DNA of 64,000 nucleotides from Balanoglossus misakiensis (taxonomy: Eukaryota; Animalia; Hemichordata), in contig CM082579.2 of assembly GCA_040954595.2 (NCBI GenBank), forward strand, positions 16,340,856-16,404,855, written 5' to 3'. Shown here piece after piece: positions 23,211 to 35,562 of this stretch. The position numbers were made by a program, and so were the translations under genes. The notes beneath the pieces were generated by a model that had not been told where the DNA came from, did no database searches, and saw only the letters and a list, made by a program, of their open reading frames with translations. The first letter of the stretch is position 1. Every line of letters starts with the position of its first letter.

Positions 23211-25296
23211 CTGCAGAATTCAGGGCATGCTGTAGCGGTTGAATGCATGATGATGGTAAACCACAGAGTATTGCATTGCAGTAGTCCATTTTTGATGTGA
23301 TTAGAGCATGAACCAGCATCTGGCAAACTTCCTTAGTGAGGTAACGGCGAATGTGGCTGATTTGACGCAGATGGAAGAAAATTGACTTGCAAATTGCATT
23401 AATGTGCTTATTGAAAGTGTAATTGTCGTCGAATGTCACACCTATATTCCGTGCAGAATTCACAATTTGAACACAACATGATCCAATGCTCATGTGGTTT
23501 ATGGGACGAGGCGAGCGGTTGAACTGAGACCTTATCAGGAGTACCTCGGGTTTGCCACCATTTAGTTGAAGTTTATTATGTGTCATCCAGGTTTTTATTT
23601 CGTGAACTGCCCTTTCCATCTTGTCTAATGTACTTGTGGTGTCTAACTGGAAGAAATATTGGTATAGTTGGTTGTCATCGGCATATTGGTGAAAATTGAT
23701 GTTGTGGTGACAAATAAGTTGAGCAAGTGGTTGGATGTAGCTGCAGAACAAAAGTGGGCCAAGCACTGAACCGTGTGGTACTCCATATTGTAGATATTGA
23801 GGTTCTGACATTGTGCCATACAAACTGCTGTCTTTTCTTAAGATATGATGAGAACCATTGTAGTGCGATGTTGGTGATGCCCAGTTTTGATAACCTTGAG
23901 ATGATTGTGTCGTGATCTATGGTATCAAACACAGAGGAGAGATCGAGGAGAACCATGAGTACACATTTACCGGCATCCAGTGCCATACAAATATCGTTGT
24001 TGACTTTAGTAAGTGCTGTTTCGGTACTGTGATCCTTTCGGTACGCTGACTGCAGTGGTTCTTGTAGTGAGTTGGTAGTCAAATATGATGTCAGTTGTTG
24101 TGCTACAATCTTCCCGATTACTTTTGACAGGAAGGTTAGGTTTGAAACTGGTCTATAGTTCTTGAAAATGTTTTTGTCGAGCGAAGGTTTCTTGAGTATA
24201 TTGGTGTGATGACTGCTATTTTAAGTTATTCAGGAACAGTTCCAGTTTTGAGTGACAAATTGATAATTGTGGCTATGATAGTGAGCAGATTACCAAGACA
24301 TTGCTTATCAAGTGCTGTAGGGATGAGATCAAGTACACGTGTTTTAGATGGAGACTGACGGGTTGGTTATAAGCTGATATGGCTGAGGAGAGGTCATTTG
24401 GAGGCTAGGACATTTGATGTATTTTGTCGAGATCATGGCTGAAACTATCAATTGAAATGGCAGATATGACGATAAGATATTTGACGTCTACTGTGTGTTG
24501 GTTTCGGAAGAGCAAGTTTTGCATTGACAGGATTGTGATCAGAGAGTTCCAAGCAGTCTACAGAGACACTCTTGATGTTAGATGCAGAGTTAGATAAGAT
24601 GAGATCAAGAGTATGACCCTTTCTGTGTGTTGGTTGTTGGACCCATTGTTTCAGATTACAGGCGCTGATGATTCCATTGAATTTCTGTGTTACTGGATTC
24701 TTATCATCTTCTAGGTGAATATTGAAATCTCCTACGATGAAGAGATTACTTGAGCAGGTGACATACTTCTCAAGTGTTGTACTGAACTCTTCCATGAACT
24801 GTGGTGCGGTGAATTTATTATTAACTGATGGTGGTGGACGGTAGACAAGAATTATTTTCATGGAAAGTTTCTGGTGAAGAATAGTTGCTTCCGCTGCCTC
24901 AAAAGATTTAACAGAGAGAATAGGCTTCCAAGCTGTTTATTTTAGTGCTAGCTTATGAATTTAAGCTAAGCCTCCACCGATCTTGCCAACCCCAGGTAGA
25001 TATTTGACAGCATAGCCTGGTGGTGTACATTCAGCCATTACGTGTTCGTCACCAGATTCCTTCAACCATGTTTCAGTGAGTACAAGAATATCAATTTCTT
25101 TATCTGTGATGTAGTCTGCAATGTCTAATGATTTGCATCTAGCTGAGCGGACATTCCATGTAGAGAGTAGAAGTTCACACGTATTGTGGAAAGGGTGGAT
25201 CTTGAATACTGCATAGTCACTCTTCAATAGATATTTAGTGACTCGCTAACTGTTGCGATTCGTGTGTGTGTAATTTACGTACTTCAAGTTAAATAT
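23211..25296 (-). mobile_element. Period-2 copy of the decayed L2/CR1-group LINE
   Basis: ORFs 23023-23823, 23675-24082, 24448-24861 and 24961-25227 (-) carry the same EN/RT motifs. Confidence 0.93.
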
Positions 25297-25702
25297 CGCA
25301 ACTAGCCGTAATGTTTGACTAGGGGGAGCACCTATACTAATGCGAGTACCAGGGATTGAAAGTTGCACCTGTATTTTGATCCCTTAGTTACCCTTATAAG
25401 TACATTTGTAGTTTAATAACCATAGTTCTATTGCAAACCATTCTTTCCGTAGTTTCTTGTTTCAAATATTGTAATCTGAATTTATTTTGATGTTTAACAG
25501 GTGTGATTATCTGTATTTGCGGCCATTTTGAAAAAAAATTGGTTGCCATGGAAACTCTTCAACAGATATTTAGTGACTCGCTATCTGAATTTGTTCAGTA
25601 CACATTAACACACATCTGAGCCAAGTTTGGTGCTTTTATCACAAAATACACAATCGATATGAAAATTTGGGTTTTGGTGCTTCACTACCTAAGTAACATT
25701 AA

Positions 25703-26120
25703 GGATGTACGTTCAATAAAATGGAAAGTATTGTCATTTTTTTTAATTGTGGATTTTTTTATTCTCTTTTGTATGTATAATGAAAATCCGTAATAAAATA
25801 TAGGGGTCACCGCGCTTGTTTTTGAAATACAGAGCCATGAAATTGGTCGATAATAGAAGAAATCTGCTGACTCAGCATTTTTCACCAATGGTTTGTTTGT
25901 CTATGGCCAAAATTTCTTAATGCAATTTATCTCAAAAAAGAGCGCGGTGACCCCTATATTTTATTTGACCAATGAATTTATATTTGCTGGACTGAGCTAT
26001 GTGTAAAATTTCGAGAAAATGACAATAGTAGAAGTTTGTTTTCTGGCGATTATCAATGTAATCCTATGGGAAAAAGACCGGACACGCAGTGTTTCCGGTT
26101 TATGTTCTGCACGTACATCC
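25703..26120. mobile_element. Kolobok-like MITE family 1, period-2 copy
   Basis: ttaa|ggatgtacgt...acgtacatcc|ttga. Confidence 0.7.
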
Positions 26121-26186
26121 TTGATGAAGTTTGCTGGCTAGAGGGCTCCTAAACCTCCTTAATATTTGACGTCTTCACTCCTACAG

Positions 26187-28829
26187 GACTGCGCAGCTGG
26201 AAGTTAAAGTTCAGCATGTTCTGAAGCATGCACGCTGTGTCCAGGGGTTTCATGTGTGGAACAGCCAGCCTCTCATCACCAACACAATGCGGACTGGGAT
26301 ATTTTGCCAACAATGGAAGTATAGACTGTACGCCTTGTCCTGCCCCGGGTATAAGTGCCAATATGATGGTATGTCGGAGCCAGAGGTGTGTGAAGATGGA
26401 TACTACACTAATATAGATGGTGAGTCAGCACTTAAAGTTTGGGCATTACTGTGTAATCTTTCACTTAAAGGCACGTAAGCTGTAACTTTTGGGATAATTT
26501 TCATAATTTTTGTTTAAAACTGCACTACCATTAGTCCATGCAGATGAAGGCAGTGAACTATACACAAGCATTATAAACCCTAAATATGAGTGCATATGCA
26601 AGTTTTAACCAGATAAATAATAAAGCTTTGCCGCAAGCGATTATGGCCGCCACCCTGGGAAAATGCAAGAAACAATGAAAATGTTGCATTTCCGGTTGTG
26701 AAACTTCATAAACAAAACATGATCTCATCCACTTGAGCTCATGGAAGTAAATGTACACCACTGAGACATCAGATTTCCATTTTTCATTGCAATATTGCAC
26801 TTTTTTTAAAATTGCAGGAATTTTCGTTTTTTCTTTAATTTTGGCCATTGTGTCATAAATAAGTGTTGAGCTTGATATATTATCATGAAATATCATTTAA
26901 TAGACATAATTAAAAGCATATATGAGATTATTTAAAACTTTAATTTTTTTATCTAGTTGCAGCTTACGTGCCTTTAAGGCAGACGATCATCTTATGTGCA
27001 TGTACGTAATTCTGTGCGTACAAACATTACGTCCAGTCCAAATATTCTGCCAATTTTACATCCAATGCATTCAAATAGTGGACTGCTTCGCTTTCATCCA
27101 GTTTTCATGTGCATCGTATAAGTAGACTTTTGTTTTGTCCCGTCTTTTCACCAAATTTGCTCTTTTCCAAATCTCCGACACAGACTATGATCGTCACGAT
27201 CTTGTCTGTTGTTAGAACAGCACACTGCCGTATGGCATTGACTGTACACAGTTTCTGTTACCAATATCTCTGGATTGGCATTTTCCTGTCCTCAATCTTT
27301 TGCCAGGGATTTTTGTCTCCCCAACCCGCGTGAGAATCCCACGTCTTTGAAGGTATGACTGTGACTATAAGATTCTATAAATCTCTGTTTATTTTCAGCA
27401 CAAACATCATGTGCTGATTGCCCAACTGGTAACCAATGTCCAAATGGTAACTCTGTGATTTTATGCTCGGCTGGTTATTACAGTTCGGCCTTGGACAAAG
27501 GATGTCTCGCTGTACCTCTTGCATAACAGGTAAACTTCTACCCACCCACCTTTATTTCCAACATCAAACATTAGGTCAGGTAATTTACTAACTGAAAAAT
27601 AGGATGGGATCATTTTCTATTTCTGTATTTAAAATTTACTGATATAATATATGAATGAAAAAATGACAATTTTTCCAAATTTGAATAGACCTCTATTTAT
27701 GAAAATAATTAAAATTTGCACCAAATTTTTACAGTGGTATTCAAAGGTTAACTTGGTGTGTAAATTCTCTGTTTGATTTACAGATCAGCTGGTGCTGAAC
27801 ATTGTACTATTTGTGAGCAAGGGTACGCCTGCATAGATCCCAGTGCATCGCAATTCAAGTGTACCAAGGGTTACGTGTCATTGGCTGGTGCAACAAACTG
27901 TACCAGATGTACAAATGGTAAGATTGTGGTACTTGTTCAGTTTGCTGTGTGATGAAACTGAGGGGTATGTGTGTATGCATGTATGTGTTTACAACAGATT
28001 TTCAAGTCAGTGCGACTGGGGGTATGTGTGTGTGTGTGTATGTATGTATGTGTTTACAACAGATTATCAACTCAGTGTGAGATCTTGCGAGACCTGGTTA
28101 GCCATGTGAGATCTCGCAGAGTCTTATGATATTCAGAAAATGGTTGATTAGAAATGACGTTTAATGTCCTCCAAAGAATTTTCTACATGCCTGTATACTT
28201 GTCTCAGAATTATGAAGTGAATCATCTCAAGTAATTTGTTATTTTAAATGACACTGTATCACAAATACATCACTAAAAACCTCATTTTCTTTAATCAGAT
28301 GAAATAAGTGAGGAGCCTGCACGCACATCCTGTCTTCTGTGCCCTGCTGGAAAATCGTGTTCAGATCCAATGTAAGATCCGCTCGACTGTGGCAATGGTG
28401 AATATGCTATGGAAGGCGACGGCACATGCACGCCTTGTCCAGTGGGATCCAAGTGTCCAACCATGTCACCCGTAGTGGATTGTTCAACAGTTACTGGTAA
28501 GTTGGGCTGCAAATCACTCTTGTGACTTCCCTGTGTTATAGCATGGCATACACAGAAAATTAAACTGTTATGCTTATTGGAGATGATATTGTGATGCACT
28601 TTGAAAAACACAATGATTCCACTGAAGAGGTATTGTACAGTTAAACCTGTGATTACGGACATCTCTCTAATAAGGGATCGTTGGACCAAACCATGGTGGT
28701 AAAAATCGTTCTTTGAATTTTTTCTGTGATAGGTTCATACTCGCTAGGTTCGGCCACGTCCTTCTGGTTATGAATGCACAACTACAAGTGTCACACAGTG
28801 CGCTACAGGGCAGTAAAGTGCTGAAGGAG
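26187..28829 (+). pseudogene. Period-2 copy of the CxxCP(A)GxxC Cys-rich exons
   Basis: Exons 26187-26419, 27399-27529, 27784-27917, 28299-28496 and 28733-28829, with the same stops as period 1. Confidence 0.82.
26469..26973. mobile_element. Kolobok-like MITE family 2, period-2 copy
   Basis: ttaa|aggcacgtaagctg...cagcttacgtgcct|ttaa. Confidence 0.85.
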
Positions 28830-28940
28830 GTAAGTCTTGAAATCCCTTTTCTTCTTGTCTCGATTTGAACATGGTTCCACAAGTTGTTTACATCACTTGT
28901 AGTTTTACATATTTTTTGAGTTCAACAGCTAGCTATACAT

Positions 28941-29611
28941 GGTGTCCTGAGAAGTCAACCAGTATGAGAAGTCGGTCTCGGCCAGTACGAGAAGTCGGCC
29001 TGTGGGAGAGAACCCTGGTACTTTGTGTTATATATAACTGTTTCACTACGAAATGTTTCCTTGATGTACAGGAGCTGAGATATTTGTACAAATAGCCGAT
29101 GAATTTTAAAACTGTCTGTTCACTTTTCATGTACGTCACCGGGGTACGTCAACATCAGTCACCTGCACTTCTTGAGCTGCGCCAGTAGTCTGTTCCTTGT
29201 CACGTTTGTTTGTTTGTTTGTTTGTTTGGTGTTGTCTCAGAAAGTATGAATATACACATACATCTTCTATGTATTTTAGTAGGCTTTGAAACAACTCCCT
29301 TTAATCAGAAATGTCACAGGAATTTGGCGAACAACCTAAGCTCCTTACGCGGATACGAGGCTGGGGAACCGGTACGGATGCCAGATGCCATTATTTGAAA
29401 TGACGTCATTGTGTTGTCAAGAATTTGGGAAATCCGTCCAAATGAAAATATTTAGTGCAATTATATTTTATTAAGTGTTGTTATAAGTAATCTGGGTCAT
29501 TACTGCACTATTCGGGTACAAGTTCAACAACTGGCCGACTTCTCATACTGGCCGACTTCTCATGCGCGCGTACTGGCCGACTTCTAATCTGGCCGACTTC
29601 TCATGTATTCC
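28941..29611. mobile_element. Unclassified TIR element with tatacat TSD, period-2 copy
   Basis: Near-identical to 14184-14850. Confidence 0.78.
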
Positions 29612-29649
29612 TATACATTAGTGAAAATTGGGCAAACTGGTGTTTTCAG

Positions 29650-31748
29650 ACAACTTATGAAGTCCTTGTCTCAATGGAGGTACCTGCCAACAACAGGTAA
29701 ATTCTTGTACTGCCACAATTTGCATGTGCACAGAGTGTTACTAGGGAACCAGTTGTGAGACAAGTAAGTTTTTATCTGTAGCAGTTAATAATGATAATTA
29801 TCATTTTTTTATTATGATTTAAACTTCACTGATGTTGTACAAACACAAAAATAGAAAGGGATAGCAGCTTAGCTCTATTCCGTTTCGAAAGTTTTTGTTC
29901 TTTTAAAATACCTGTGCATTTTTTTTATTTATTCTGATTATGCTAATATGCTAATTTGTCGGTTTGTCACATCACAATTTTTGAAGGAAACTCAGCCACT
30001 TACATACATTCATAATCACGTGACATTGATGATCATGGAAAATTTGACCCTTTTCCTTGCAGGACTCAACCAGTGTCAACCAAATCCGTGCCAGAATGGT
30101 GGCTTCTGTCAACCGGCTCAAAATTCCTGCTTTGATCTCACCTGCATATGTACTGGTTGCTACAAAGGTGATAGGTATGAGATATGTAAGTATACAGCGC
30201 AGTCTCGTTTACCTTTTGTCTCTGATGCATTCAAATACTGCATGTTTCCTGAGCATAGGTGTAGCCATCTCCACAGCAGAGCTTGGAGAGTTCTTGACAT
30301 CGAATGCAAGATTACACTCTTTCCAATCAAAATCACTTTCGTGGCGCATAATGTCTTGATTGTCTTGGTTCAAGAAACATTATGCGCGACTGGCCAATTT
30401 TACTGCCTTTTGTCAACACACATCCACTATGGAAATTCTCACTCCAGGCCAGATAGTGTAAATTTACATATGAGTCTACAGGTGTGCTTGAAGTCAAGTC
30501 AAGCATTTGCAAAGAACCCTCCTCCAGTACACAGGTCTTTGATTTCATGAAGGGAAGCCCTTGCCTCACAGTCACTGCCACATGATCTATTGAGGTGTGA
30601 ACAACTTGATACCAGCCTAATATAAGTTGTAGGCACAATCACTCCGCACACCCTTGCCATAATTCTGCAAGGTTTTTGCCATATCTGTACTGTAGAATGA
30701 GTAGCAAGGAATAAAATGGCGTCCTTTCTTAATTTCCAGTGCAAAACCCCTGTGATCCCAACCCATGTATGAATGGTGGATTTTGCCAGCAAACATCGTG
30801 CAATTTCTATTCATGCCAGTATGTGAACTCTTACACAGGTGACATCTGTCAAACCATAGACCCTAGAGAAAGAAGGACGAGCAACTGCGGCAAAGATCAA
30901 AGGGTTTGGGGATTATCTGTATGATGATGTTTTTTTGCATATAATTAACACCCAGGACAGTTGGACAATGACTTCCTTACTTCGGCACGTGTCGACCCCA
31001 CCAGTGATGCGAAAACTTGCCACCAAACTGGCACTCCTGCATTTCAGCAGCCACTGCGTGTTTTTCTAAAATTCTAAAAGTATTACGATGTCTGTGATAA
31101 TTATTATGGTTTGGTGTTCGTCTGTCGGTTGAACGGTCATTTCTAGTGCCACAAGCTTCATTTAAAAATTGTAAACAAATCATCCATGTTTTTTGCATGT
31201 CCGACTGGGCACTCATATTTCTTAGTAACGCTGACACTTTTCGTAATAATTTTATGTTTGCGTGAAGCATTGAAATAAAAATTGTGGTTTAGGGGCATTT
31301 TATTTCGCAGTGCGTGAACAATAAAACAGATTTCACGAAAACAATTTGTAAACAAACTGGGTGGATTATCATGTGTGCGCTATGGCCGCCAGGCAACCCT
31401 CGGTACGGTTAGCTCACAGCCTTGTGAAATACCCGGACTGTTAGACAAAAGATGCTTGTTTTGGACGCTGTCAGACTCAGATTCAAATTCCTGTTTAACT
31501 TGTCCAGATGTGTTCCATAAATAATCGCTGCGTTCAACCACGTTGCAGTTTTCTCGTCTTCTGCGAGATGTTCTGAGGTGTTGTGATAACTTCACGCAAA
31601 ACACGAGACTTTGCGTTAGTTTATACACAGTTTATTTGCAAATTGGATTATTGGGATTTATCTGGAAATAATGTATGCAAAAGAACATCATTTCAAGAAA
31701 AAACTGGAATTGCGCGTCCTTCTTTCTCTAGGGTCCATGGTCAAACAA
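29650..31748 (+). pseudogene. Period-2 copy of the three EGF exons
   Basis: Exons 29650-29763, 30063-30185 (last Cys changed to Tyr) and 30740-30853 + 31746-31748. Confidence 0.85.
30854..31740. mobile_element. Unclassified TIR element with tcaaa TSD, period-2 copy
   Basis: tcaaa|ccatagaccctagagaaagaaggacg ... cgtccttctttctctagggtccatgg|tcaaa. Confidence 0.88.
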
Positions 31749-31796
31749 GTGAGTATATACTTTCAAGACACCCTGCCAACAAACAAGCAATCTTCA

Positions 31797-34700
31797 TTCC
31801 GTAGATCTTTTAAGCTTATTTATACATTGTAAATTTTGATGTGAAACTTTATTGGTCTTGTTGCCAAACTTCTGAAGAAATGAGGATATTGTTTTGAAGG
31901 GTATTTTATCAGTAGGTAACAAATACCATGGCCCTCCATGCAAATACCCACATGGTAAATTAAAACTGTTACAGATGTATTTGATTTCCACATATTGATT
32001 ACATGTGGGATAATATTGGGTGCTGGCAGTTTCAGTAAATGAACTGCTCTTAAAAGTTGGGCGTCAGGGCACCCTTGATTTTGCCTGTTCCAAGCTAGAA
32101 TAGTCTGTCCATATGAATATTTGTTCAGCAAGTTACAAGCAATCTTTTAAGTTTGGAATGAAAAAATAGTGAAATGACTTGTGATGTTAATATGCAATTG
32201 TTGGTTGATTTACATGCAACCCCCAGGACTCGATCAATGTTCTCCCAATCCGTGCATGAACAACGGTATCTGTGAGCCAATCAGTGGATCGTGCAGTGCG
32301 TTTACCTGTCGCTGTCAAGGCTGTTTCATTGGAATCACCTGTGACCAAGGTAAATTTATCAGACGAGGAACTGTTTTTCCCCCCTCATACCGGTATATTT
32401 GTCATAGCTGGCAGCTATGAAATTACCTGTATATTTAGGATGTGACAAACCAAATAGGCACTTTCAGGAATTGAGTCTTTTTTGCAATTACCACAGTCCT
32501 AAACTCCCAAAAGTATAATAAGTAATTCTTATTGTTCAGTTATACATTAAGGAGGCTTAGTTATAGGAGAACCCGATAGAACCACAGCTGTAGGAATTAA
32601 GGAAATGGTCATACCCTAAAAACTTATGTCACTACTATTTATTTTTTTTCATTCCATTGAAACAGAACAAACTCCATGTAGGCCAAGTCCATGCCTGAAC
32701 AATGGGCAGTGTACTCGGCTGTCGTGTACAACTTATGAGTGTACTTGTCCAGGATGTTTCACCGGCACACACTGCAGCCAGTGTAAAACTCATTAAAACA
32801 AACGTTTTGTCATGCAGGAACTAACATTTACAATCATGTCTCAATACATTGTCTGTTGGTCATACTTTATATTTTCATCTTCAGCATAACACCTTGGGCC
32901 TTGGGAATCGTTCACCTCAAAAATGATGTACAACTGAAAGAAAACATGTTTATTTTCATAGCCCCACAAGTGCGTCCCAGAATGAGCAAGTTGTTTTTGG
33001 AAGTGAAGTTCCGTTCAGTATTTACAGTAATGGTAATGATGATGTTTTTATCAAACAGATTTTGAAAGTAAATATTGCTGAGATAACATTAGGTTGCACT
33101 TTTTATTGCAGTCCAAGATCCATGCCAGCGAAACAGCTGTCTCAACGGGGCTGTATGTAATGCAGTGGCCAACTCCTGCACGGCATATACCTGTGCCTGT
33201 ACTGGTTGCTATGAGGGTAACCGTTGTGAAATATGTAAGTTTCTGACGTACCGTAAATGACAATCTTTTGGGCACTTTCTCTTCATGGCAATTGAATTGT
33301 GTGGTAACTTCTCATTTCTAAAATTCCCACAAGAGAAAAGAAAACAGAAATTTCATCTGTCTATTAAGTAAAAGGGACGTCCTTAATTATCCATACTATT
33401 TGGCTTGAAAAATCAATCTTACTAGGTGTTCTGATTAGAGAGGTGTCCATAAAGAGAGGTTTTACTGTATTACCCAAAAATAGAGACATTGTCCCTTCAT
33501 CATATACTTAATGCGTGTTCTGGGTATGGTTCCAGTATAATGCTTGTGTCAAAGGATTTTGTTGTGGTGCAGGAATCATCTTAAGTTGAGGTATAGCCAT
33601 CTGCATTTCATGTTTTTTAAACCATTTTTTTCTGATAGTCATTAAAGCCTCAGTATTTCTCGTAGGGGCAAAATTTTGTTTGAAACGGCATCTATAATTT
33701 ATAAAAGTAGATGATAATTGATACTAAATCGAACAGTCATCATCCCCAGCTCTGCTCTGCTCATAAACTCATACAATTTACAATATAACGGGTGAAGAAT
33801 GACTTTCTGTCCGGACAGAAAGTCAGGCTCTGTTGACATACGTGACTAGAGCGCATGCGCACTCAAATGTGAATCTATGCGGAAGAGGTTTGGTCGCCCC
33901 AAATCAAGCGACTCAGCGAAGAAATGCGCACTAATTCGGCGAAATTTTGGGAAGATAACTTTATGGGAGAAATCAGTCGTTGGAACCAGATCAAATCCGA
34001 AAATGGTCTGACCATCAAATGTCAAAGTGGCACGTTTGCTGATCGACATGTACAACATTTCCGTTGTAAACAAACCCGCGCATCATTTCAAGTGTTACGG
34101 GCAATATTTACAGCCTTCACGTAGCTATAGTTGCCCAAACCTTTCTTCTATCTTCATTATGTAGTATTCCATGATGAATGTACAGGAAAAACGGGCATTT
34201 TTCGATGATGAAAAATGGATAAACACGAGAAATACTGGGGCTTTAACCCATGTGATCAGAATCTGTGTCAAAATGGAGGCTATTGTTCCCAAACACCAAA
34301 TTCTTATACTGACTACACCTGTTACTGCCAGTAGTGTTGGACGGGGGCCATCTGTGCCGTAGGTGTGTCGAATTCAACTGTTTTATGACACAGCGTGGTA
34401 TATAAACCCTCATTTTTGGTATTCTCAATGTGATAGATGGACCCGTACACCAATAAATGGGGTGGAAGCATTACAAAGTTTCATCCTTTCAAAATTTGCT
34501 GATGTAGGGTCAAAATTGAGTGTGAGGTGCACGTTAAAAAGGAAAGCCTTCTGTATCATGTTGATGGCATATTTTTTAATTTTTCAAGATTCTTACAGAA
34601 AAATCCTAGCATCATTATGTTATTTTAAATGTACAGGTTTGAAATAAGGAATGAAGACATTGCTCACTTATATAATTTAAACAAAATGAACATCACAAGT

Positions 34701-35164
34701 ACATGTACAAGTTTTTGACAAGCAGGTCATTGATACTTTCATTTTTGTTTTGGCAGCCATTGATCAGTTATACTCTATGCCTTGTCAAAATGTGGTGGCA
34801 CATGCGTTGCGTGAGACGGCTGTTTCCAGTTTGACTGTATGTGTGCCGAATGCTTCACTGGTGCCACATGTACAATGCATAAGTATAAACCAATATTATT
34901 TTATTCAATGCAAAACACTTGTTATGTATTATATAATATAAATATGGTACACATATTAAAGCCCTGGTAACTCAAACTTTGGGCTAGCTTAATGTTATCA
35001 CTATTTTCGTTTTCGGTTGCAACTGTGGTTTCTTGTCGCACTCTAAAGGATTTCACAGCATTTGGTTTTTCAAAACAGCCCTTTGGTTGTTGTCAGGTAT
35101 ACATGTACACGACTGCTGAGTGTAGTTTGTAGATTCTGTAATTTTGACGATACCTTGACTGCAC
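31797..35164 (+). repeat. Tandem segmental duplication, partial period 3 (equivalent to about 1-2986, with a private MITE and private deletions)
   Basis: Colinear with 1-2986, including the segment missing from period 2. Homology ends after cttgactgcac at about 35164. Confidence 0.93.
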
Positions 35165-35522
35165 TGTTCTAGTGATTTTCTGTAGATTTTAACTCCTGCT
35201 TTTTCAAAATAATGTTCAGAAGTTCTCAACTTTCTCAACAACCCATACAGGAAACCGGCAATGGTGTGGATGTTCACATCCCATTTATGTTGATGGGCCT
35301 TTATCAGTGAATTTGTGTGTCTGTGTGTTTCAGTGCTTTGAGCCTATAGTGATGTTTTCCTGCTCAATATTCTTTCTTTTTGTCTATACAGGAATCAACC
35401 AGACAACCAGTGTGTACCCTCTCCTTGCCTAAACAGTGGAATTTGCTCGCAAGTACCGGGTTCCTGTACACAGTTTACATGTTATTGTTTCAACTGCTCT
35501 ACTGGTGACACATGCACTGACC
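32227..35522 (+). pseudogene. Period-3 EGF exons plus one exon unique to the array end
   Basis: Exons 32227-32349, 32666-32782, 33112-33234, 33639-34362 (MITE-interrupted) and 34757-about 34878 (frameshift, donor lost). The unique exon is 35392-35522 (NQ/CVPSPCLNSGICSQVPGSCTQFTCYCFNCSTGDTCTD, with an 8-bp insertion). Confidence 0.85.
33646..34242. mobile_element. Kolobok-like MITE (family 3), insertion private to period 3
   Basis: ttaa|agcctcagtatttctcgt ... acgagaaatactggggct|ttaa (18-bp TIR, 1 mismatch). The empty site gtcattaacccatg is visible at 2064-2077. Confidence 0.92.
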
Positions 35523-35562
35523 GTAAGCCTATAACCCCAATTTCTATGGTTTTCTGTAACAT

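Larger units (their letters stand above)
16986..31796 (+). repeat. Tandem segmental duplication, period 2 (14,811 bp; lacks 2,230 bp of period 1)
   Basis: Near-identical to 1-16985 apart from scattered SNPs and small indels. The junction at about 17779 joins the equivalents of positions 794 and 3025, and the offset changes from 16985 to 14755. Confidence 0.97.

Noticed and set aside
33646-34242. piggyBac classification of the TTAA-flanked elements
   Set aside because: The termini are AG/GG rather than CC(C/T), which fits Kolobok better.
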